DNA of 64,000 nucleotides. Source: Desulfobacterales bacterium. GTDB taxonomy: Bacteria > Desulfobacterota > Desulfobacteria > Desulfobacterales > UBA2174. Made by a program: the position numbers and the translations under genes. Positions 54,225-64,000 of the stretch are shown here, in pieces. The notes under the pieces were generated by a model that was not told the origin of the DNA, did not search any database, and saw nothing but the letters and a program-made list of their open reading frames with translations. The DNA lies in contig CAXXWC010000021.1 of NCBI GenBank assembly GCA_963668645.2, positions 1,152,001 to 1,216,000 of the forward strand, in the 5' to 3' direction. Position 1 is the first letter of the stretch; each line of letters starts with the position of its first letter.

Positions 54225-54637
54225 CAGTTGGCCCCCCTCTCGACAAAGCGGGTCTTGAGCGGCAGCTTGTATGCCGCCAGGCGCAGGGCTTCGGCGGCCA
54301 GCTCACGCGAGACACCTTCCATCTCATAGAGGATCCGCCCGGGCCGGATAACCGCCACCCAGGCCTCCGGGGCCCCCTTGCCTTTGCCCATGCGGACCTC
54401 GGCAGGCTTCTTGGTGATCGGCTTGTCTGGGAAAATACGGATCCACATCTTTCCGCCGCGCTTGACGTGCCGGGTCATGGCGATACGTGCGGCCTCTATC
54501 TGCTTGGCCGTAATGTAACCGCACTCCAGGGCCTGAAGCCCGAACTGGCCGAAGCTCAGGCGTCCACCGCGCTGAGCCGTACCGCGCATCTTGCCTTTTT
54601 GAACCTTGCGGAATTTGACTTTCTTCGGACTGAGCAT
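54224..54637 (-). CDS. rplP: 50S ribosomal protein L16
   Basis: QIEAARIA and RMGKGKG. Confidence 0.98.
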   Translation of the reverse strand: MLSPKKVKFRKVQKGKMRGTAQRGGRLSFGQFGLQALECGYITAKQIEAARIAMTRHVKRGGKMWIRIFPDKPITKKPAEVRMGKGKGAPEAWVAVIRPGRILYEMEGVSRELAAEALRLAAYKLPLKTRFVERGAN

Positions 54638-54649
54638 CTTGCCGACTCC

Positions 54650-55306
54650 TTACTGCGCGCCCTCGCCCACAGCATCTTGCTTGAGAATCTCACCTTTGAA
54701 GATGAAGACCTTGACCCCCACTGCGCCGTAGGTCGTGCGAGCCTCGGTAAATCCGTAATCGATGTCTGCGCGCAGCGTATGCAGCGGCACACGCCCCTCG
54801 CGATACTGTTCGCGGCGCGCCATTTCAGCCCCACCGAGCCGGCCGCTACAAATCACCTTGACACCTTCTGCGCCGAAGCGCATCGCCGACTGAATCCCGC
54901 GCTTCATTGCGCGCCGGAAAGCCACCCGCCGCTCTATTTGGGAAGCGATGTTCTCAGCCACCAATTGGGCGTCCACCTCGGGCTTGCGCACCTCCTGGAT
55001 ATCGATGAGCACCTCGTGGTTGACCATCTTTTCCAGCTCTTTTTTCAGCGCGCCGATCTCGCTGCCCTTCTTGCCGATGACGATACCCGGCCGGGCCGTG
55101 TACAGCCGCAGGCGGACACGACTGGCAGAGCGCTCGATCTCGATGCGCGAAATTCCGGCGTGGTTCAGCTTGCGCTTGAGAAAAGCGCGCAGCTTGTGGT
55201 CCTCGAAAATATAGTCGGCGTATTTGCGCCGATCGGCATACCAACGGGACTCCCACGTTTTGATGATCCCCAGTCTCAGCCCGACGGGATTAACTTTCTG
55301 GCCCAA
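54650..55306 (-). CDS. rpsC: 30S ribosomal protein S3
   Basis: GQKVNP and [13 protein letters not shown]. Confidence 0.98.
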   Translation of the reverse strand: MGQKVNPVGLRLGIIKTWESRWYADRRKYADYIFEDHKLRAFLKRKLNHAGISRIEIERSASRVRLRLYTARPGIVIGKKGSEIGALKKELEKMVNHEVLIDIQEVRKPEVDAQLVAENIASQIERRVAFRRAMKRGIQSAMRFGAEGVKVICSGRLGGAEMARREQYREGRVPLHTLRADIDYGFTEARTTYGAVGVKVFIFKGEILKQDAVGEGAQ

Positions 55307-55321
55307 GCTGTCCTCCCCTTG

Positions 55322-55660
55322 TTAAGCCTTTTTTTCGGCAAGTGTGACGGTAATGTGCGACGTTCGCTTGAGGATGCGCGTGCCGCGCCCGCGCGCCCGT
55401 GCCCGAAAACGCTTGAGGGTCGGCCCGCAATCGGCACAAACATTGCTGATGACCAGCCGGTCCACGTCCAGGCTGTACGCCTGGTCGGCGTTGGCCATGG
55501 CGCTGCGCAGTGTCTTTTCAATAAGCTTGGCCGCCTTGTTGGGCATGAACCGGAGCCGATCGAGCCCCGCCTCAACCGGCTGGCCCTTGACGGCGTCGAT
55601 CACCATCCGGACCTTCTGCGGCGAAATACGCAGGTATCTGCTGACCGCCTTGACCTCCAT
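55322..55660 (-). CDS. rplV: 50S ribosomal protein L22
   Basis: RISPQK, RARGR and SHIT. Confidence 0.98.
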   Translation of the reverse strand: MEVKAVSRYLRISPQKVRMVIDAVKGQPVEAGLDRLRFMPNKAAKLIEKTLRSAMANADQAYSLDVDRLVISNVCADCGPTLKRFRARARGRGTRILKRTSHITVTLAEKKA

Positions 55661-55684
55661 AGCAGGTATCCTCTTTCTTCTTGG

Positions 55685-55966
55685 CTACTTCTTGAGTTTG
55701 GACTTCTTGTCCCCGGCGTGACCGTAAAAAGTGCGGGTTGGCGAAAACTCGCCGAGCTTGTGGCCTACCATGTCTTCAGTCACGAATACCGGAATAAACT
55801 TCTTGCCGTTGTGCACGGCCAGCGTCAGGCCGACCATTTCCGGCACGATCGTGGAACGCCGCGACCAGGTCTTGAGCACCCGGTTACTGCGACTCTGCTG
55901 GGCGACCAGCACCCGGTTGAGCAGCCTCGTTACGACGTATGGACCCTTCTTCAACGACCGTGGCAT
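55685..55966 (-). CDS. rpsS: 30S ribosomal protein S19
   Basis: MPRSLKKGP and GHKLGEF. Confidence 0.98.
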   Translation of the reverse strand: MPRSLKKGPYVVTRLLNRVLVAQQSRSNRVLKTWSRRSTIVPEMVGLTLAVHNGKKFIPVFVTEDMVGHKLGEFSPTRTFYGHAGDKKSKLKK

Positions 55967-56020
55967 ATCTTCTCCTGAGAATCGAACCGCACCGGCGGCA
56001 CCGAGCCGCACCTGGCGGAG

Positions 56021-56848
56021 TTATTTCTTGGTGCGTTCCTTAACGATCATCCCCCGGCTCTTGCCCTTGCTCCGGGTCTTGTACCCCTTGGCCGGCTGCC
56101 CCCATGGCGAGCAGGGATGACGGCCGCCCGAAGAGCGCCCCTCACCGCCGCCCATGGGATGATCCACCGGGTTCATCGCCACACCGCGCACCTTGGGCCG
56201 CCGCCCGAGCCAGCGCTTGCGTCCGGCCTTGCCCAGCGAGAGGTTGCCTTTTTCCACGTTGCCAACTTGGCCGATGGTGGCACGGCAATCTCCCAGCACC
56301 ATGCGCACCTCGCCCGAGGGCAGCTTTACCAGCGCGTAGCGGTCCTCTTTGGCCATCAGTTGGGCGAAGGTCCCGGCGCTGCGCACCATCTGCCCCCCCT
56401 TGCCCAGGCGCATCTCGATGTTATGAATGTGCGTGCCCAGAGGGATGGCGTTCAACGGCATCGTGTTGCCCGGCTTGATGTCCGCCCCGACCCCGGAAAC
56501 CACCGTATCTCCCACCTGAAGCTGGGCCGGGGCCAGGATGTAGCGCTTTTCGCCGTCCACATAATTGAGCAGGGCGATACGCGCGCTGCGGTTCGGATCG
56601 TATTCGATGCCGGCCACGCGGGCCGGAATTCCGGTCTTGTCGCGCTTGAAATCGATGACCCGGTAATGTCGCTTATGCCCACCGCCGCGATGGCGGGAGG
56701 TGATCCGGCCATGGTTGTTGCGCCCGGCACGCTTGGTCAGCCTGCGGCACAGCCCCTTGACGGGTCCCTCGGAATCCGACAGTTCGGTTTCGAGGTAGGT
56801 CTGAAATCGGCGTCCGGCCGAAGTTGGTTTGACTTTCTTGATCGCCAT
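56021..56848 (-). CDS. rplB: 50S ribosomal protein L2
   Basis: EYDPNRSA and [13 protein letters not shown]. Confidence 0.98.
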   Translation of the reverse strand: MAIKKVKPTSAGRRFQTYLETELSDSEGPVKGLCRRLTKRAGRNNHGRITSRHRGGGHKRHYRVIDFKRDKTGIPARVAGIEYDPNRSARIALLNYVDGEKRYILAPAQLQVGDTVVSGVGADIKPGNTMPLNAIPLGTHIHNIEMRLGKGGQMVRSAGTFAQLMAKEDRYALVKLPSGEVRMVLGDCRATIGQVGNVEKGNLSLGKAGRKRWLGRRPKVRGVAMNPVDHPMGGGEGRSSGGRHPCSPWGQPAKGYKTRSKGKSRGMIVKERTKK

Positions 56849-56863
56849 GCGTCTTCCCCTGCT

Positions 56864-57151
56864 TTAGGCTCCTTCGAAGAATCCGATCCGCTGCCCCGGC
56901 ATCAGGGTGACGATCGCCTTCTTCCAGTCCTTGCGCTTTCCAACGATACGTCCGCGCCGTTTGATCTTCCCCTTCACCTGGACGGTATTGACAGCCGCCA
57001 CGTGAACGTTGAAGATCTTTTCCACAGCCTGTTTGATCTCCACCCGGTTGGACCGCCGCGCCACTTCGAAAGAGACCTGGTTGGCGGCTTCTTTCTGGGC
57101 GGTTGCCTTCTCGGTGATTACCGGGCGGATGATGATATCGTATGCATTCAT
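56864..57151 (-). CDS. rplW: 50S ribosomal protein L23
   Basis: PVITEK and WKKAIVTL. Confidence 0.98.
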   Translation of the reverse strand: MNAYDIIIRPVITEKATAQKEAANQVSFEVARRSNRVEIKQAVEKIFNVHVAAVNTVQVKGKIKRRGRIVGKRKDWKKAIVTLMPGQRIGFFEGA

Positions 57152-57774
57152 GAGAGCCTCCCCTCAATCCGGCCTACCGAAGGCTCGATCAGCAGCAGCC
57201 GATCGTACTTGAGCACATCATAGACGTTGAGCCCCTCGGCACGCATCACCTTGACTCCCGGCACGTTACGTGCGCTGCGCTCCAGGTTCTCGTTGGCCGC
57301 ATCGGTGACGATCAGCACCTTGCCCAGCTTGAGCGTCTGCATCACGGCGACGAAATCCCGTGTCTTGATCCGGTCCAGCTCAAAACGGTCAAGCACTGTG
57401 AGGGTCTGGGTGGCCAGCTTGCTTGACAGGGCCATTTTAAGCGCCAGCCGCCGTACCTTCTTGGGCACTTTTTGCTCGTATTGGCGTCCATCCGGGCCGA
57501 ACACCACCCCGCCACCGCGCAGCACTGGGCTTTTGATCGAGCCCCGCCGTGCCCGGCCGGTCCCCTTCTGTTTGAAAAGCTTGCGAGTGCTGCCGCGAAC
57601 ATCGCTCCGGTGGCGCACCGAAGCGGTGGCCGACCTGCGTCCGGCCAACTGCGCCGTGACCACCTGATGCAGCACCGCGGTGCGCACCGGTACGCTGAAA
57701 ATCGCATCGGGCAGCTCCAGCTCGGACACCTTTTCCGCCTGGGTATTGATCACATCTACGACTGGCATCGTCAT
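57148..57774 (-). CDS. rplD: 50S ribosomal protein L4
   Basis: QKGTGRAR and GGGVVFGP. Confidence 0.98.
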   Translation of the reverse strand: MTMPVVDVINTQAEKVSELELPDAIFSVPVRTAVLHQVVTAQLAGRRSATASVRHRSDVRGSTRKLFKQKGTGRARRGSIKSPVLRGGGVVFGPDGRQYEQKVPKKVRRLALKMALSSKLATQTLTVLDRFELDRIKTRDFVAVMQTLKLGKVLIVTDAANENLERSARNVPGVKVMRAEGLNVYDVLKYDRLLLIEPSVGRIEGRLS

Positions 57775-57839
57775 TCCTCGTCAGCGCTTCGGGCCGGCAG
57801 CGGCCGGCTCCCGCGGTTGAGCTAGCTCCAAACCGGGGG

Positions 57840-58472
57840 TCACTTATCGAATTTGGGTTTCTGGATCAGCAATAATCCTTGACCAGGCCCCGGTAAGGCG
57901 CCCCGGATCAGCAACAGATTTTCCTCGGGCCGGACCTCAATGATCTCCAGGTTGCGCACCGTCTTGCGCACCCCTCCGTACTGGCCGGGCATCTTCTTGC
58001 CCTTGATCACCCTGCTGGGCCAGGCCGAGCAGCCGATGGAGCCCGGCTCACGAACGTTCTTGGACCCGTGGGTGACCGGCCCCCGGTGGAATCCGTGGCG
58101 CTTGATCACCCCGGCAAAACCGCGCCCCTTGGAGGTTCCGGTTACATCGACACGCTGGCCGGCCTGGAACAGGTCAGCACCGATCTGCTGGCCAAGGCTG
58201 TATTGGGACGGATCTTCCACCGCCACCTCGTGCATCACGACCGGGGTCGCCCCCCCGCTTTTGGCAAGATGCCCCTTGACGGGCCGGTTAATCCGGCTGG
58301 CTTTGCGCTGCCCGAATCCGAGTTGCAGCGCGTTGTAGCCGTCGGTGGCTTCGGTCTTGACCTGGGTGACGGTGCACGGTCCGGCCTGGACTACCGTCAC
58401 CGGTACGATTCGACCGTCTGCGGCAAACAGGCTCGTCATGCCCAGTTTTTTGGCGATAATTCCTCTACTCAT
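57840..58472 (-). CDS. rplC: 50S ribosomal protein L3
   Basis: KKLGMT, SKGRGFAG and PGSIG. Confidence 0.98.
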   Translation of the reverse strand: MSRGIIAKKLGMTSLFAADGRIVPVTVVQAGPCTVTQVKTEATDGYNALQLGFGQRKASRINRPVKGHLAKSGGATPVVMHEVAVEDPSQYSLGQQIGADLFQAGQRVDVTGTSKGRGFAGVIKRHGFHRGPVTHGSKNVREPGSIGCSAWPSRVIKGKKMPGQYGGVRKTVRNLEIIEVRPEENLLLIRGALPGPGQGLLLIQKPKFDK

Positions 58473-58494
58473 GATGCGCCCCTAATCCTCGCTC

Positions 58495-58806
58495 TTAGAG
58501 TTTGATCTCCACGTCGACACCCGGTGACAGATCGAGTTTCATCAGGGCGTCCACCGTCTGCTGGGTCGGCTCGAGGATGTCGAGCAACCGCTTGTGGGTG
58601 CGCACCTCGAATTGTTCGCGCGACTTCTTGTCGATATGGGGCGACCGCAGCACACAGTATTTGTTGATGCGCGTCGGCAACGGAATCGGCCCGACCACCT
58701 TGGCCCCCGTCTTTTTGGCCGTATCCACGATGTCAGTGGACGACTGATCCAACAGTTTGTGGTCGTAGGCCTTGAGCCGGATCCGGATCTTGGTGTTCAT
58801 GATCAT
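58495..58806 (-). CDS. rpsJ: 30S ribosomal protein S10
   Basis: IRIRLKAYD and GPIPLPT. Confidence 0.98.
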   Translation of the reverse strand: MIMNTKIRIRLKAYDHKLLDQSSTDIVDTAKKTGAKVVGPIPLPTRINKYCVLRSPHIDKKSREQFEVRTHKRLLDILEPTQQTVDALMKLDLSPGVDVEIKL

Positions 58807-58823
58807 GGGTCGTGTCTTTCTTT

Positions 58824-60017
58824 CTACTCGATGATTTCACTGACAACGCCGGCGCCCACGGTGCGGCCCCCCTCGCGGACGGCGAATCGCAGCTCTTTTT
58901 CCATCGCGATCGGGGTAATCAACGCCCCCTCGACGGTCACGTTGTCGCCCGGCATCACCATCTCCACGCCCTCGGGTAGCGTCACCACCCCGGTTACGTC
59001 CGTCGTGCGAAAATAAAACTGCGGCCGGTAACCAGTGAAAAACGGCGTGTGACGGCCTCCCTCTTCCTTGCTCAAAACGTACACCTCGGCCTTGAACTTC
59101 GTGTGCGGTGTGATCGAGCCGGGCTGCGCCACCACCTGTCCGCGCTCTACCTCGTCACGCTTCGTGCCGCGAAGCAGCACCCCGATGTTGTCGCCCGCCT
59201 GTCCCTCGTCGAGCAGCTTGCGAAACATCTCCACGCCCGTGCACACCGTCTTGGCCGTCGGGCGAATCCCGACGATCTCCACGTTCTCACCAACCCGGAT
59301 GATCCCGCGCTCCACACGACCCGTGACCACCGTCCCGCGACCCGATATCGAAAACACGTCCTCGATCGGCATCAAAAACGGCTTGTCAATGTCTCGCTGC
59401 GGCTCCGGGATATAGCTGTCGATAGCGTCCATCAGCTCGAATATGCACTTGGCCGCCTCGTCGTCCGGACTGTCCGCCTCCAGCGCCTTTAATGCGCTGC
59501 CGCGGATAATCGGCGTGTCGTCGCCCGGAAACTCGTACTTGTCCAGAAGCTCTCGAAGCTCAAGCTCCACCAGCTCGATCAGCTCCTCGTCGTCCACCAT
59601 GTCGCACTTGTTCAAGAACACCACGATCCGCGGCACACCCACCTGACGCGCCAGCAGGATGTGCTCCCGCGTCTGGGGCATCGGACCGTCATCGGCCCCC
59701 ACCACCAGGATCGCACCGTCCATCTGCGCCGCACCGGTGATCATGTTTTTGATGTAGTCCGCGTGACCCGGGCAGTCGACGTGCGCATAATGACGATTGG
59801 CCGTCTCGTACTCCACATGCGCCGTGGCGATGGTGATCCCGCGCGCCTTTTCCTCCGGCGCCTTGTCGATCTGATCGAACGGCACGTAATTCGCCTGACC
59901 CTTGAGACCCAACTGCTTGGTGATCGCTGCGGTCAGCGTCGTCTTGCCGTGGTCGATGTGCCCGATGGTCCCCACATTGACATGCGGCTTCTTCCTCTGA
60001 AACTTTTCCTTCGCCAT
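58824..60017 (-). CDS. tuf: Elongation factor Tu
   Basis: [16 protein letters not shown] and NKCD. Confidence 0.99.
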   Translation of the reverse strand: MAKEKFQRKKPHVNVGTIGHIDHGKTTLTAAITKQLGLKGQANYVPFDQIDKAPEEKARGITIATAHVEYETANRHYAHVDCPGHADYIKNMITGAAQMDGAILVVGADDGPMPQTREHILLARQVGVPRIVVFLNKCDMVDDEELIELVELELRELLDKYEFPGDDTPIIRGSALKALEADSPDDEAAKCIFELMDAIDSYIPEPQRDIDKPFLMPIEDVFSISGRGTVVTGRVERGIIRVGENVEIVGIRPTAKTVCTGVEMFRKLLDEGQAGDNIGVLLRGTKRDEVERGQVVAQPGSITPHTKFKAEVYVLSKEEGGRHTPFFTGYRPQFYFRTTDVTGVVTLPEGVEMVMPGDNVTVEGALITPIAMEKELRFAVREGGRTVGAGVVSEIIE

Positions 60018-60107
60018 CTTCCCGTCCTCCAGCTATCGCGCGGGCAGCGCACCCGTCATCGGCTGAAAATTGATGTTTTCACTCAGGGATTAATCCGCCC
60101 TGGTAGG

Positions 60108-60578
60108 TTACCACCGGAAATGGGCAAACGCCTTGTTGGCCTCGGCCATACGGTGAGTGTCTTCACGTTTTTTCACAGCCGCACCGCGGCGGTTGGCCGC
60201 ATCGAGCAGTTCGGCTGCCAGTTTGCTCGCCATTCCCTTTTCCGACCGGCTGCGTGCATAGCTGATGATCCAGCGGATGCTCAGCGCGGTACGCCGGCCG
60301 GGCCGGATCTCGGTGGGCACCTGATAGGTCGAGCCGCCCACGCGCCGGCTCTTGACCTCGATCATGGGGCGCACGTTGTCCACCGCCTGTTCGAATACCT
60401 TGACCGGCGTTTCCTTGGCCCGCTCCTCGATCAGTTCGAAAGCGTCGTAAAGGATGTTCTCCGCCGTACTTTTCTTACCGTCGCGCATCAACGAACGGAT
60501 GAACTTGGCCACCAGCCTGTTGCTGTATTTGGCATCCGGCTGGACCGGCCGCTGGGGCACTTCTCGTCTTCTTGGCAT
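60108..60578 (-). CDS. rpsG: 30S ribosomal protein S7
   Basis: [11 protein letters not shown] and AEANKAFAH. Confidence 0.98.
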   Translation of the reverse strand: MPRRREVPQRPVQPDAKYSNRLVAKFIRSLMRDGKKSTAENILYDAFELIEERAKETPVKVFEQAVDNVRPMIEVKSRRVGGSTYQVPTEIRPGRRTALSIRWIISYARSRSEKGMASKLAAELLDAANRRGAAVKKREDTHRMAEANKAFAHFRW

Positions 60579-60645
60579 GGGCTACACCATCATTGTGAAG
60601 ATGTTGGCATCCGGCGCCGCCAGGGGCGGCGGCGCTGCGAATCGT

Positions 60646-61017
60646 TTACTTGGGCCGTTTGGCGCCGTACTTGGACCGTCCCTGGCGCCGATCTTCAACG
60701 CCCAAGGTATCGAGGGTGCCGCGAACGATGTGGTAGCGTACGCCAGGCAAGTCTTTGACGCGGCCGCCACGTACCAGCACCACCGAGTGCTCCTGCAGGT
60801 TGTGGCCGATCCCCGGGATGTAGGCCGTCACCTCGATGCCGGTGGTCAACCGAACACGGGCCACCTTGCGCAAAGCCGAGTTCGGCTTTTTGGGCGTCGA
60901 GGTATATACGCGGGTGCACACCCCGCGCTTTTGAGGCGCGCCCTTGAGCGCCGGGGTGGTATTTTTCTTCTTGACCCGCTTCCTGCCTTTACGAACGAGC
61001 TGGTTGATGGTCGGCAT
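60646..61017 (-). CDS. rpsL: 30S ribosomal protein S12
   Basis: MPTINQL, PKKPNSA and KDLPGV. Confidence 0.98.
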   Translation of the reverse strand: MPTINQLVRKGRKRVKKKNTTPALKGAPQKRGVCTRVYTSTPKKPNSALRKVARVRLTTGIEVTAYIPGIGHNLQEHSVVLVRGGRVKDLPGVRYHIVRGTLDTLGVEDRRQGRSKYGAKRPK

Positions 61018-61091
61018 AATTTCCTCGCACAAAAAAGGGACAATTCCGCAAGTTGATAAAAGCGGGCATGTATCCCGCCTGATGATAAAAG

Positions 61092-64000
<2,909 letters not shown>

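Overview
GC-rich bacterial chromosome window. The gene content (many sigma-54 activators, hgd/gcdA, C-GCAxxG-C-C protein, RNAP beta' with SI3) suggests an anaerobic Desulfobacterota-like (deltaproteobacterial) organism; this is an inference. The left ~44 kb is accessory metabolism: (i) a sigma-54-controlled SauS/SauCD-like sulfoacetate module with a tripartite tricarboxylate transporter carrying two binding proteins; (ii) a Cio-type cytochrome bd oxidase with a 52-aa third ORF missed by the ORF track; (iii) a uge-ugd-K+ channel-pseudoreceiver sigma-54 activator operon; (iv) an HpsR-HpsNOP-SuyAB-HpsKLM dihydroxypropanesulfonate (DHPS) cluster, extended by a lower-GC cupin/TRAP/SDR/C-GCAxxG-C-C module and a CoA-disulfide reductase-rhodanese; (v) a ThiS/ThiF pair; (vi) 2-hydroxyacyl-CoA dehydratase genes divergent from gcdA. 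The right ~20 kb is the rpoC-str-S10-spc-alpha superoperon, which lacks fusA, adk and map here. The most striking observation is a ~100-aa parvulin (PpiC-type prolyl isomerase)-like domain inserted in frame into the RNA polymerase beta' subunit (63480-63779). All calls come from reading the sequence and recalled family motifs; no database searches were run. I recognised no tRNA, rRNA, CRISPR array or IS element.
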